A stretch of DNA of 64,000 nucleotides from Candidatus Latescibacterota bacterium (lineage in GTDB: Bacteria; Latescibacterota; UBA2968; UBA8231). The position numbers were made by a program, and so were the translations under genes. The stretch spans positions 1,536,001 through 1,600,000 of the forward strand of contig OZ242005.1 in assembly GCA_965204725.1 (NCBI GenBank), in the 5' to 3' direction. Shown piece by piece: positions 47,498 through 57,196 of the stretch. Position 1 is the stretch's first letter. Every line of letters starts with the position of its first letter. The notes under the pieces were generated by a model. It searched no databases and was not told where the DNA came from. It saw only the letters and a program-made list of their open reading frames with translations.

Positions 47498-48907
47498 TTA
47501 ATGGATGACGACCATCTTGGTTTCGGTCATTTCCTCTACCGCGTACCGAGGCCCTTCTTTGCCCATGCCGCTTTCCTTGAGGCCGCCATAAGGCATCAGG
47601 TCGGCGCGCCACTGAGTGCCCCAGTTGATGTGGATGTTGCCCGATTCCACCTGCTGGGCAAATTGGAGTGCCCAGTTGAGGTTCTCGGTGAAAATTGCCG
47701 CGCTAAGGCCATAGTTGGTGTCGTTGGCCATGGCGATGGCTTGGTCGATATCGTCGATCCGGCTGATGCCGAGGGCCGGGCCGAAAATCTCGTCGCAGGA
47801 GACCTTCATCTCCGGGGCTACATCGGCTAGGACGGTCGGGGCGAACATCGTGCCCTCGCGGGTGCCGCCGGTGACGATGCTGGCCCCCGCGCCAACGGCA
47901 TCTTGTACCCAAGACTCGACGCGCTCAGCGTCTTGGACGCGGATCATAGGCCCCATTTTGACGTCGCTGTCGAGGGGATTGCCGGTCGTCAGGGCTTCGA
48001 CTGCGGGTTTGAGGGCGTCGATAAAATCCCCGTACACCTCGCTGCTGGCGAACACCCGCTGCGTTGAGATGCAGACTTGGCCGGCGTTGGCAAAGCCGGT
48101 ATTGGCGGTGGCGGCCGCGACCTTTTCGAGATCGGCGTCCGCCATGACGATCAGCGGGGAATTGGAACCGAGCTCCATGGTCACTTTCTTCAGGCCAGCG
48201 ACCTGACAGATGCGTTCGCCGACATCGCGGCTGCCCGTAAAGCTGATCTTGCGGACCTTGGGATTGGCACTGATCGCGTCGCCAATGACGCTGCCCGCCC
48301 CGGTGACGCATTGAATGGCTTCCTCCGGCAGGCCGGCCTCGAGGAAAATCTCGGTTAGTTTGAGGGCCGAAAGCGGGGTGTCGCTGGCCGGCTTGATGAG
48401 GATTGCGTTGCCGGCGGCCAGCGCCGGGCCGACTTTGTGGCAGACGAGGTTGAGCGGGAAGTTAAAGGGCGTAATGGCCGCTACGACGCCACAGGGGACC
48501 CGCAGCGTAAAGCCAAATTTGCCCGCCCCATTAGAGGCCCCGCTCAGGTCGAGTGTTTCGCCCGTCAGACGCTTGGCTTCCTCGGCAGACAGGACGATGG
48601 TCTCTTGGGCACGGGCCGCCTCGCCCATTCCCTCGAAGAGGATCTTGCCCTCTTCAAGGGTAATCGTGCGCCCTAGGTCGTCGAGCCGCTCTAGCATGAG
48701 ATCGGCCGCTTTGTGGATGACTTGGTAGCGCTCATGGGCGCTCATGGCGGCCATGACTTTGGCCCCGCGCTCGGCCGAGTCAATGGCGCGGTTGATATCT
48801 GCGGCGTCGCCCCTGGGGACGGTGTCGATGATCGAGCCATCATAGGGGTTGACGACGTCCATGGTTTCGGCTTTGTCAACCCATTCTCCGGCAATGTACA
48901 TCTTCAT
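47498..48907 (-). CDS. Aldehyde dehydrogenase
   Basis: ITPFNFP, FTGS, MELG, GQVCIS, EIFGP, PYGG.K.SG.GKEG. Confidence 0.95.
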   Translation of the reverse strand: MKMYIAGEWVDKAETMDVVNPYDGSIIDTVPRGDAADINRAIDSAERGAKVMAAMSAHERYQVIHKAADLMLERLDDLGRTITLEEGKILFEGMGEAARAQETIVLSAEEAKRLTGETLDLSGASNGAGKFGFTLRVPCGVVAAITPFNFPLNLVCHKVGPALAAGNAILIKPASDTPLSALKLTEIFLEAGLPEEAIQCVTGAGSVIGDAISANPKVRKISFTGSRDVGERICQVAGLKKVTMELGSNSPLIVMADADLEKVAAATANTGFANAGQVCISTQRVFASSEVYGDFIDALKPAVEALTTGNPLDSDVKMGPMIRVQDAERVESWVQDAVGAGASIVTGGTREGTMFAPTVLADVAPEMKVSCDEIFGPALGISRIDDIDQAIAMANDTNYGLSAAIFTENLNWALQFAQQVESGNIHINWGTQWRADLMPYGGLKESGMGKEGPRYAVEEMTETKMVVIH

Positions 48908-48978
48908 GATCCAATTCCTTTTCGACTTTTCGAGGTGGGTGGTAAGTAGGAGACAAGTTAAGGGCGAGCTTTGACCTG

Positions 48979-50421
48979 TCAAATGCCCAAGCGGTTTTTA
49001 TAAGGCAAAGGGCGGCCCTCCGCATCGAGTAAGGGCTGCGGCGGCGCCTTCTTTTGGGTTCGCAAGCTGACGATTACTAAGGCGAGGGCCGAAAAAGGCA
49101 CGGCCAAAAGGTCGGCCGGCAAATTCGCTGGGATCCTCTCCAGCACCTGCCAAGCACACAGGCCGACCGCTATGGAAGCTAAGGCCCCAGGGCCGTTGCT
49201 CTTGGGCCACCACAAACCAGCGGTTAGCGGGACGAACAGCGAGGCGAGGAGCACGGACCAAGAATTGACCATCAAGTCGTACACCGAAGCGGTGCGGAGG
49301 GCCAACAGTAAAGATGCCGCGCCCAACAGGAGGACGGACCAGCGCGTCAGGCGCAGCGACGACCGTTCCTCGGCATTGGGTTTGAAGTAGCGCAGGACAT
49401 CCCAGCCAATGACACTCGCTGGAGCGAGGAGGGCGCTGTCGGCGCTGGACAGGAGGGCCGAGACGAGGGCCCCCATAAAGAGGACCAAGGCTAGATCCGG
49501 GAGGTACTCTAGTGCGAGGGCCATCATAACCAGATCGGGATCGGCCAAATCTGGCAGGACGACCGCACCCGCCATACCGAGAAAAACGGGCAATAGCCCG
49601 ACCGTTATATAAAGCAGCCCAGCGAGGTACGCGCTGCGGTACGCCACCGTTTCGTCGCGGCTGGACAGACTGCGCTGGATTAGGTCTTGACCCGCTAGGT
49701 TGCCGAGGCCAATGACCAGCCAGTCGCGCGCATATACCAACCAACTGGCCGCGTCGCCGCGCGGGTAGAAATCGAAGCGGGAGGCCGGGATTGAGGTGAC
49801 GAGGGCCTCCCAGCCCCCCATGTCGCTGAGGAGGATCGGCGTCAAAATAAACAATCCCAGTACGAGGATGGTCACTTGAATGAAGTCGGTTAGCGTGACG
49901 GCCCACATGCCACCGGCCCAAGTGTAGATCAGTACAATGACTGCGGCGGCGCAGATGCCGAAGGCGGGATCGATGCCGGTCAGGCTCTGTAGAATCCGCC
50001 CAAAGGCGACCAACAGCGAGCCAACCCAGCCGATATAGGCGGGAATGGTGCAGAGGCTGGCCAGCAGGCCCGCCCGCGGGCCGAAGCGGCGGCTAAAAAA
50101 GGACGCTATTGTCATCAAGCCCATGCGCCGCATCATGCGGACGTACAAGAGACCGGCGATGAATAGGCACAAAGCCGCGCCAAAAGGGTCGGCAATGACC
50201 GCGAGGATGCCGCCTTTGTAGGCAGCACTCGCCGCGCCAATGCAGATGCCACCGCCAAACCACGTCGCAGCGAGCGTTGCAGTGCAGAGCAACAGGGGCA
50301 GGCGTTGGCCAGCGACGATGAAGTCCGTCGAGTTGTGGACTCGGCGACCAGCGTATAAGCCAACGCCAAGCATCACCGCCAGATAGACAACCAAGCCGGT
50401 CAAGACCAAGGGATTCGCCAT
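48979..50421 (-). CDS. Sodium:solute symporter
   Basis: About 13 TMs; DFIVAG, ATWFGG, GGMWAV..TD..Q, SSADS.LL. Confidence 0.92.
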   Translation of the reverse strand: MANPLVLTGLVVYLAVMLGVGLYAGRRVHNSTDFIVAGQRLPLLLCTATLAATWFGGGICIGAASAAYKGGILAVIADPFGAALCLFIAGLLYVRMMRRMGLMTIASFFSRRFGPRAGLLASLCTIPAYIGWVGSLLVAFGRILQSLTGIDPAFGICAAAVIVLIYTWAGGMWAVTLTDFIQVTILVLGLFILTPILLSDMGGWEALVTSIPASRFDFYPRGDAASWLVYARDWLVIGLGNLAGQDLIQRSLSSRDETVAYRSAYLAGLLYITVGLLPVFLGMAGAVVLPDLADPDLVMMALALEYLPDLALVLFMGALVSALLSSADSALLAPASVIGWDVLRYFKPNAEERSSLRLTRWSVLLLGAASLLLALRTASVYDLMVNSWSVLLASLFVPLTAGLWWPKSNGPGALASIAVGLCAWQVLERIPANLPADLLAVPFSALALVIVSLRTQKKAPPQPLLDAEGRPLPYKNRLGI

Positions 50422-50469
50422 GGCAAGATCCTTTTTGAAAATTTGTTATAATAACCAACAGCGTGAAAC

Positions 50470-50505
50470 TGGCCAATGACGCCAACCCAGTGGCGAATCT
50501 GGCCA
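50470..50505. promoter_or_regulatory. Tandem enhancer (UAS) sites TGGC-N7-GCCA for a sigma54 activator
   Basis: TGGCCAATGACGCCA (50470-84) and TGGCGAATCTGGCCA (50491-505), 21 bp apart and 80-115 bp upstream of the -24 box. Confidence 0.7.
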
Positions 50506-50582
50506 TTATTAAGCGATAATTCGATCTATGTTTTTCCTATAATACGATGGGCTGTAACAAATTATGGATACGATAGCACTTT

Positions 50583-50598
50583 TGGCACAGTCCTTGCA
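50583..50598 (+). promoter_or_regulatory. sigma54 (-24/-12) promoter of pspA
   Basis: TGGCACAGTCCTTGCA matches the TGGCAC-N5-TTGC(A/T) consensus. Confidence 0.9.
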
Positions 50599-50649
50599 AG
50601 TTAGAAACAACACGCGATAAGCTCCACTCAAATCCAAGGGAGGCATGCG

Positions 50650-51324
50650 ATGGCTAAAGGAGCCTTAGCGAGGATAAGCGATATCCTCAAGTCCAATATC
50701 AACGAGATGCTCGACCGAGCGGAAGAGCCAGACAAGATGATCCGCCAGATGGTGCGGGACATGGAAGAGGCGGTCGGCAAGGCCACGGCCTCGGTAGGGA
50801 CCGCTGTGGCCAACCACAAGCGGCTCGAGCGCCAGTTCAACGACAAGCAAAGCCAGATCGCCGAGTGGCAGCGCAAGGCCGAACGGGCGGTGGCAGCGGG
50901 CGAGGACGCGCTGGCGCGCCGGGCGCTGGAGCGCAAGGCGGTGTTGGCCAAAGCGGCCGAGGATTTGGCGCCGGCCTTGGAGGAGAGTCGGCAGACGGCC
51001 GAGCAGTTGCGCGAGCAGTTGCGCGAACTAAAGACCAAGCTCGAAGAAGCGCGGACCCGACAGGGCACGTTGGTCGCCCGCCACCAAGCGGCTCAGGCCC
51101 GCAAGCGTCTGGCCCAGAGCATTTCTGGATTGGGTCAGGATGCCTTTTCCAGCTTTGAACGCTTTGAGCAGAAAGTCGCAGAGAGCGAGGCCGAGGCGGC
51201 CGCGCACGTAGAGGTTTCGGGCGAGATGGAAGACGTTGAGAAAGAAATCCGCCAAATCGAGGTTGATCACAGCGTTGACGATGAATTGAAAGCGCTAAAG
51301 GACAAGATGAAAAAGGATAAGTAA
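50650..51324 (+). CDS. pspA: Phage shock protein A / IM30 (ESCRT-III-like)
   Basis: RISDILKSNINEMLDRAEEP.KM..Q, W..KAE.A...GED.LAR.AL.RK, FERFEQKV, VDDEL.ALK. Confidence 0.93.
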   Translation: MAKGALARISDILKSNINEMLDRAEEPDKMIRQMVRDMEEAVGKATASVGTAVANHKRLERQFNDKQSQIAEWQRKAERAVAAGEDALARRALERKAVLAKAAEDLAPALEESRQTAEQLREQLRELKTKLEEARTRQGTLVARHQAAQARKRLAQSISGLGQDAFSSFERFEQKVAESEAEAAAHVEVSGEMEDVEKEIRQIEVDHSVDDELKALKDKMKKDK

Positions 51325-51370
51325 TCCTTTGGTCTGCAACGCATTATGCGATATTTCTAGCAGGTGAGCT

Positions 51371-51886
51371 ATGAAATTCATCGACGAAGCCAACCTCAAG
51401 GTAAGCAGTGCTGTAGAGAGCGGGTGCAAGCGTTTAGGCGCTCTGTTTCTCAAGGTGCTGGCCGTACCGATTGTGCCAATAGGGCTGGGGCTTATGCTCT
51501 ACGGGCTTTTTCAGATGCTTAGGCCCTCCGCTTCAGACCACCCCTCTTTCGAACTCTTCGCCGTTGGCGTCACGCAGGTCATCTTCGGCAGCTTGCTCTG
51601 GCTATTGGCCAAAAAACTCGATGCGGCCGCGCACCTGCTACGCTACCGGCGGCAGCAAAACCGCGTCGTGCGTTTGGCTAGGCAGCGCGGTGGCCGCCTG
51701 ACGGCGACCGAAACGGCGGCCGATACCGGGCTGACGGTTGAGGAAGCCGCGGAGATTCTCAAGCGTTTGGCCGACGGAGGGTTTGTCGAGGTCGAAATAA
51801 CCGATTCGGGCCTTATTGTCTATCGCTTTCCAGAAGTGCTTTTCGCGCACGAAAAACGCTGGAGCCGGGGCGTCGAAAGCGCCTGA
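51371..51886 (+). CDS. 2-TM membrane protein with C-terminal winged-helix-like domain
   Basis: Two TMs, then RGGRLT.TE.A..TGL.VEEA..IL..L...TDSG.IVYRFP. Confidence 0.75.
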   Translation: MKFIDEANLKVSSAVESGCKRLGALFLKVLAVPIVPIGLGLMLYGLFQMLRPSASDHPSFELFAVGVTQVIFGSLLWLLAKKLDAAAHLLRYRRQQNRVVRLARQRGGRLTATETAADTGLTVEEAAEILKRLADGGFVEVEITDSGLIVYRFPEVLFAHEKRWSRGVESA

Positions 51887-51959
51887 GTCCGTGCCATCCG
51901 CGCTCACGGCTGGCGCGGACTCAGATCGACCGGATTGAGGCGAGGGAAAGGAGCTAATC

Positions 51960-52334
51960 ATGGATAAGAATAAGGGGATCATCTTTGGGGTCTTTATTGG
52001 TATCGCGTTGTGCGTACTTTTTTACGTTGCGTTTGCCAGCTATCCTGTTGGTCGTCTGATGGGGCCTGTCATTCTGACGCTGTCCTTAGGGGCTGTGGCT
52101 ATTTTTCTCTTGTTGGCGGTCGTAGCTATTTTTGCTATCGCCAAAAAGGCAACCGTATCCGAGGATAAGGGTATTGAGCGAGACGAACTGCGAGAGCGAT
52201 TGGTCGCAGTTGAGCAGCGGCTGACGGAGGTGCAGGACGTGATGATCGTCCTTAGCGAAAAGATCGACCGGATGGAGGGAGCCGGAGCTGAGCCGTGGAG
52301 TGCCAAGAACGACGAGATCAAGGCTAGCCCGTGA
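51960..52334 (+). CDS. 2-TM membrane protein with PspB-like coiled-coil tail
   Basis: Two TMs followed by ELRERL.AVEQRL..VQ; RBS AAGGAG. Confidence 0.7.
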   Translation: MDKNKGIIFGVFIGIALCVLFYVAFASYPVGRLMGPVILTLSLGAVAIFLLLAVVAIFAIAKKATVSEDKGIERDELRERLVAVEQRLTEVQDVMIVLSEKIDRMEGAGAEPWSAKNDEIKASP

Positions 52335-53686
52335 ATTGGCGCGACCACGCTGTACAGGCTTGTGAAGATGCGCGTTGGGCCGAGGCGTTGGAGTGGTGCG
52401 AGCGCGGCCTAGCCGAGGTGCCCGACGACTTGGAGCTTTGGCACTGCAAAGGGCGTTGTCTCTTGGAACTGGGGGACGAGCAAGCGGCCGTCGCCGCGCT
52501 GGAAGCGGCTGCGGCGGGCGGACATCTAGCAAGCCATTACCAACTCGGCTTACTCGCAATGCGCCAAGGGCGGCGGAATGCCCGGTTCCGCGAGCGGTCC
52601 CTGACGCACTTTGAGGCCATTGTGTGCGCGGCCGAAAAAGGGCGCGAATACCCCGACCTCGACCGCGTCTTTTTCGCGCTCGGCAGCCAGTACGGCGAAG
52701 ATCCGCAGCGGCGCGGAGAAGCCATCCGAGCGTACCGCCAAGGATTGGCACTCAACCCGCTCTCCGCTGTTGGCCACAACAGCTTGGGCCAGCTCTTGCT
52801 GCAAAGCGGTCAGGTGCTGGGGGCGATGGGGGAGTTCAAGGTCGCCATCCAACTCGACCCCAAGCTCAGTCAGCCATACGCAAATTTGTCCCGTTTGTTT
52901 TTTTCCCACGTAAAACTCTCTGAATTAGAACAAGAATACCAGCATATCTGCGAGGAATTCGCGCAAAGTGCTCCGCAAGTTCTCGCGCGTTTGTCGCTGG
53001 CAATGGTTGAGTTGGGCAAAGAGCAGGTGTACGAAGGGTTTTACACCAAGGGACATCGCATCAAAAACCTGATGGGGATCATCGGCAGCCGCTTGCGGGG
53101 ACTGGGACGCAAGGCCGCAGGCGAGCAGCAGGGGGAGTTGAATCGCTTAGGAGGCGAATACGAGGCCCTGTACGACGAATGGGTGGGGTTCTTAGAAGCG
53201 ATGAAAACGGATAAAATTTTCCCGGCGGTGACCGATCTCGGGCGCTTGGTGCGCCGGGTGGCGGCCGGATTGGACCGCCAAACGTGGAAATCCGCGATTC
53301 AGACGCGGGTCCAAGCGGGCTTGCCGCGCGTGGAAGCCGACGAGCGGATGTTGCGCGAGGCTATTACGAACCTCTGCCTCAACGCGCTGGAAACTCTCGA
53401 AGAAGGACCGGGCGGCCGGGTGGTGCTGGGCACTGGCTACGACGAGGAGCAGTCGCTGGCCTTTATAGAGGTCGAGGACGACGGGCCGGGCATTGAGGAA
53501 GAGCATTTGGAATTGATATTCGAGCCTGGATTTACCACCAGAGAGCGGGGCAATGGCTATGGCTTGAGCATTGCGCGCCGCATCGCCCAAGCCCATCAAG
53601 GCATATTGCGCGTCAAGAGCAGAAAGGGACATGGAACCGTTTTTCGGCTCGATCTGCCGCTCAATTTCGCGGGCGGTGCGCCCTAG
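52331..53686 (+). CDS. Cytoplasmic TPR-sensor histidine kinase
   Basis: N-terminal TPRs, no TM. H-box GHRIKNLM, N-box NLCLNA, G1 DDGPGI, F FEPGFTT, G2 GNGYGL. Confidence 0.9.
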   Translation: MNWRDHAVQACEDARWAEALEWCERGLAEVPDDLELWHCKGRCLLELGDEQAAVAALEAAAAGGHLASHYQLGLLAMRQGRRNARFRERSLTHFEAIVCAAEKGREYPDLDRVFFALGSQYGEDPQRRGEAIRAYRQGLALNPLSAVGHNSLGQLLLQSGQVLGAMGEFKVAIQLDPKLSQPYANLSRLFFSHVKLSELEQEYQHICEEFAQSAPQVLARLSLAMVELGKEQVYEGFYTKGHRIKNLMGIIGSRLRGLGRKAAGEQQGELNRLGGEYEALYDEWVGFLEAMKTDKIFPAVTDLGRLVRRVAAGLDRQTWKSAIQTRVQAGLPRVEADERMLREAITNLCLNALETLEEGPGGRVVLGTGYDEEQSLAFIEVEDDGPGIEEEHLELIFEPGFTTRERGNGYGLSIARRIAQAHQGILRVKSRKGHGTVFRLDLPLNFAGGAP

Positions 53687-53721
53687 CCTTTCAGGGGTCA
53701 GGGGTTAAATGGAGGACGGGC

Positions 53722-55140
53722 ATGAAAAGTAAAAAACAGAAGTCGGTCTTAATCGCCGATGACCAGCGGGAATTGCGCGATATGTTGGGGGAGAAACTGC
53801 GCAGCTTGGGCAAGGAAGTCATCTCGTTTTCCAACGGCCAGCGGTTGCTCGGGCATTTAGCAGCTAGGCCAACGGATGTCGAGCTTGTGGTGCTCGATTT
53901 GGACTTTGGCGTTGGCCAGCCCAATGGCCTCGAAGTGCTGAAAGAGATCAAAAAGCACTGGGCCGAGTTGCCCGTTATTATTCTCACCGGCAAGGGAAGC
54001 ATTGACTTGGCGGTCGAAGCCGTGCAGGCCGGGGCGGCCGACTTTATCGAGAAGGACTTGTACGTTGAAGACAAGCTCGAAGTGGAAATGGAAAAGGTCG
54101 AGCGGATGCTGGTGGTATTGCGCGAAAATGCCCGTCTCAAGGCCGAGAACGAGGCCCTAGACCGCGATAACACCTTTTATCGGACCCAGCTAGGCCAGCG
54201 CTATCAGATCGTCAGTTCCAGTCCCCTGATTCAGAACCTACTAGAGCAAGTTGAACAGATCGCCTCCATACCGAGGCCGGTGTTGATCCGCGGCGAGCGC
54301 GGCACTGGCAAGGAGTTGATCGCCGCGGCCTTGCACTACGGGAGCAATCGCCGCGCACGGGCCTTTGTCAAGACCAACTGCGCGGCGCTGTCGGATACCC
54401 TACTCGAAAGCGAGCTGTTTGGCCACGAAAAGGGGGCCTTTACGGGCGCGAACCAAATGCGCCACGGTCGCTTTGAAGCGGCCGATGGCGGGACGCTTTT
54501 TCTCGACGAGATCGGCAACACGTCACTGGAATTCCAAAAAAATGTATTGCGCGTCATAGAATACCAAGAATTTGAACGCATCGGCGGGAGCCAGACGATC
54601 CGCGTTGACGTGCGCGTCGTGGCAGCGACCAACGCGGATCTGGAGGGGGAAATAGCCAGCGGGCAATTCCGCGCCGACCTCTACGACCGCCTGCGGTTTA
54701 GCGTCCTCCAACTGCCCCCCTTGCGGGAGCGGCCCGAGGACATCCGGCCCTTGGTGGCGTACTTTACTCAGCAGCTATGCGACGAAGTTCCGGCGATTGA
54801 ACGACGCTCGTTCGCCAAAGACGTTTTGGCCAAGCTAGAGACCTACGCTTGGCCGGGGAATGTGCGCGAGCTCAAATTCGCGGTCGAGCGCGCCCTCTGC
54901 GTGGCGCAAGGGAGCGAAGTGGTCGTGGAGGACTTGCCCCCGGAAGTGCGCGGCGGCCGGGGCGTCGTCCTTTCTGAAGGAGGCCGTTTCGACGAGCAAG
55001 TCGCGCACGTTGAGCGAGGATTGCTCGATGGCGCACTGGCGCAGGCGGGCGGGCGGCAGAAAGACGCGGCCCAGCAATTGGGCTTGACCTACGACCGCTT
55101 TCGGCACTTGCTCCGCAAATACCAAATCACGACCAAATGA
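53722..55140 (+). CDS. sigma54-dependent response regulator: REC + PspF-like AAA+ + HTH
   Basis: REC with ADD...VVLDL...LTG...FIEK. GERGTGKELIA, GAFTGA, LRVIEY, RADLYDRL and QKDAAQQLGLTY..FR.LL.K are PspF-type signatures. Confidence 0.9.
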   Translation: MKSKKQKSVLIADDQRELRDMLGEKLRSLGKEVISFSNGQRLLGHLAARPTDVELVVLDLDFGVGQPNGLEVLKEIKKHWAELPVIILTGKGSIDLAVEAVQAGAADFIEKDLYVEDKLEVEMEKVERMLVVLRENARLKAENEALDRDNTFYRTQLGQRYQIVSSSPLIQNLLEQVEQIASIPRPVLIRGERGTGKELIAAALHYGSNRRARAFVKTNCAALSDTLLESELFGHEKGAFTGANQMRHGRFEAADGGTLFLDEIGNTSLEFQKNVLRVIEYQEFERIGGSQTIRVDVRVVAATNADLEGEIASGQFRADLYDRLRFSVLQLPPLRERPEDIRPLVAYFTQQLCDEVPAIERRSFAKDVLAKLETYAWPGNVRELKFAVERALCVAQGSEVVVEDLPPEVRGGRGVVLSEGGRFDEQVAHVERGLLDGALAQAGGRQKDAAQQLGLTYDRFRHLLRKYQITTK

Positions 55141-55232
55141 CCTGCCGCGTCCTCTGGGCCGAGCCTTATTGACAGTGGGAACGCGCCGGGTATATTAACC
55201 GCAGGCGCAGGCTCCCACCCGGGCGAGAGGGC

Positions 55233-55556
55233 ATGGAAAAAGTTTACAAAGTCGAAACCACACTTTCTCACAGCTTGGCCGAACTCTATGCTAGCCTCGA
55301 AGAAGAGTTCGCCAAGAAGAGCAGCATCCCCCTCTCGGACATGAACCGCACGTTGTTGCAAACGGGCTTAATCCACCATCTGACGATGATGAGCGGGTTG
55401 GGGCTGATCGAGCCGGAGAAGGCCGCTAGGCTGCATGCGTTGATCGACCAAGTAGCCAAGGATACCATACTCTATGACCTCTTGCAGATGGTGCGGACCT
55501 ACTGGCGGGATTGCGGTTCGGGTGGTCCGGGCGGCTCCGGCGGCCTCAACGCTTGA
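55233..55556 (+). CDS. Hypothetical protein (possible ribbon-helix-helix-like)
   Basis: 107-aa ORF with RBS GAGAGG, preceded by TTGACA-16-TATATT (55169-96). Confidence 0.65.
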   Translation: MEKVYKVETTLSHSLAELYASLEEEFAKKSSIPLSDMNRTLLQTGLIHHLTMMSGLGLIEPEKAARLHALIDQVAKDTILYDLLQMVRTYWRDCGSGGPGGSGGLNA

Positions 55557-55606
55557 TGTGATACTTATAACTCGTTGTACAGATTGTAGTTCAGGGGGAT
55601 ATGCGG

Positions 55607-55635
55607 TTGACAACCCTTGGGGCCACAAGTATTAT
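55607..55635 (+). promoter_or_regulatory. sigma70 promoter of iscU-like/sodA/prx
   Basis: TTGACA-17 bp-TATTAT. Confidence 0.7.
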
Positions 55636-55680
55636 ACAAACCACTTTTCAGCCCTCTTTAATAGCTGTTGAAGCGAGCAG

Positions 55681-56058
55681 ATGACCTCCTTGAGCGGAGC
55701 GGTTTTCGACCACTACCGGCATCCCCGCAACGCGGGGCAAATCGACGATGCCAATGCCTCGGGGTACGCGGACAATCCGGCCTGCGGCGATGCGATGCAA
55801 CTCTTTGCGCGCGTCGAAGACGGCCGCATCGTCCGCGCTAGCTGCAAGACCTTTGGCTGCGCGCCTGCGGTCGCGGCAGGCTCCGTGCTCACCGAGTTGC
55901 TGGCCGATTTGCTCTTGGCGGACGCAGCCCAGCTAGGACCGGCAGCTATTGAGGAGGCCCTAGGGGGGCTGCCGCCCATGAAGCGCCATGCCGCCCAACT
56001 GGCCGCTGACGCGACTCAGGCCCTAGTGAAAAACTACGAGGCCAGTACGGCCTCCTAA
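55681..56058 (+). CDS. IscU/NifU-N-like scaffold protein (third Cys absent)
   Basis: [30 protein letters not shown]. Confidence 0.85.
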   Translation: MTSLSGAVFDHYRHPRNAGQIDDANASGYADNPACGDAMQLFARVEDGRIVRASCKTFGCAPAVAAGSVLTELLADLLLADAAQLGPAAIEEALGGLPPMKRHAAQLAADATQALVKNYEASTAS

Positions 56059-56104
56059 CGCATTCTCGCCTTGCGTTTTAACCTCAAGCCGAAAGGATTG
56101 CACC

Positions 56105-56725
56105 ATGGCTCACTCTCTTCCCGATCTCCCCTATGCCTATGACGCGCTGGAGCCCGTCATCGACGCCCGCACCATGGAGATTCACCACACCAAGCATCAC
56201 AATACCTATGTGACTAGCCTCAATGCCGCGCTCGAAGGGCACGACGACTTGGCCGCCAAAAGCGTCGAAGACCTCATCAGCGATCTCGACGCCGTCCCCG
56301 AGGGCATCCGCACGGCGGTTCGCAACCACGGCGGCGGTCATGCCAACCACAGCCTCTTTTGGCAGGTCATGGCCCCAGCAGGGGAGCGCGGCGAGCCTTC
56401 GGCCGAATTCGTCGCCGCGGTCGAAGCCGCATTCGGCAGCGAGGACGAAGGCCACCAAACCTTCGTGCAAGCCGCAACCACTCGGTTCGGCAGCGGCTGG
56501 GCGTGGCTCGTGGTCAAGGATGGCAAGCTAGACATCCTCAGCACCGCTAATCAGGACAATCCTCTAATGACCGGCGATGGCGTTCCCATCCTCGGCCTTG
56601 ATGTCTGGGAACACGCCTATTATCTCAACTATCAAAACCGCCGGCCCGACTACATCGCAGCTTGGAGCGACATCATCAACTGGGCCGAAGTCAATCGCCG
56701 CTTTGCCGCGGCGACGGGGAGTTAG
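56105..56725 (+). CDS. sodA: Mn/Fe superoxide dismutase
   Basis: [32 protein letters not shown]. Confidence 0.95.
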   Translation: MAHSLPDLPYAYDALEPVIDARTMEIHHTKHHNTYVTSLNAALEGHDDLAAKSVEDLISDLDAVPEGIRTAVRNHGGGHANHSLFWQVMAPAGERGEPSAEFVAAVEAAFGSEDEGHQTFVQAATTRFGSGWAWLVVKDGKLDILSTANQDNPLMTGDGVPILGLDVWEHAYYLNYQNRRPDYIAAWSDIINWAEVNRRFAAATGS

Positions 56726-56728
56726 CAG

Positions 56729-57196
56729 ATGGCGATCCAAGTAGGAGACCAAGCGCCGGCATTCACGCTCAAGAATGCGGCTATGGAGGACGTCAGTCTC
56801 GAGGATTTTGGCGGCCAAAACGTCCTCCTGCTCTTTGTGCCGTTGGCCTTTACAGGCGTCTGCACCGAGGAGGTCTGTCAGATGTCCGCCGAAGTGAATG
56901 TCTATGCGGAGCTCGGGGCTCGCGTCATGGCGATCAGCGTCGATAGTCCGTTCAGCCTCAAGGCATGGGCCGAGAAGGAGGGCATTGCGATTCCGCTGCT
57001 CAGCGATTTCAACAAGGAGGTATCGGCCGCCTATGGTGCCCAATTTGACGATCTGCTAGGGTTCAAACGCGTGGCTAAACGCTCGGCCTTCGTCGTTGAT
57101 GGCCGAGGCATCGTGCGCTACGCTTGGGTGTCCGACGATCCCAAGGTCCTGCCGGACTTTGCGGCGATTAAGGCGTGTTTGCAATCGCTCAACTGA
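56729..57196 (+). CDS. Peroxiredoxin (AhpE/BCP-like)
   Basis: P.AFTGVCT.E, ISVDS, LLSDFN, KRSAFV.D. Confidence 0.9.
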   Translation: MAIQVGDQAPAFTLKNAAMEDVSLEDFGGQNVLLLFVPLAFTGVCTEEVCQMSAEVNVYAELGARVMAISVDSPFSLKAWAEKEGIAIPLLSDFNKEVSAAYGAQFDDLLGFKRVAKRSAFVVDGRGIVRYAWVSDDPKVLPDFAAIKACLQSLN

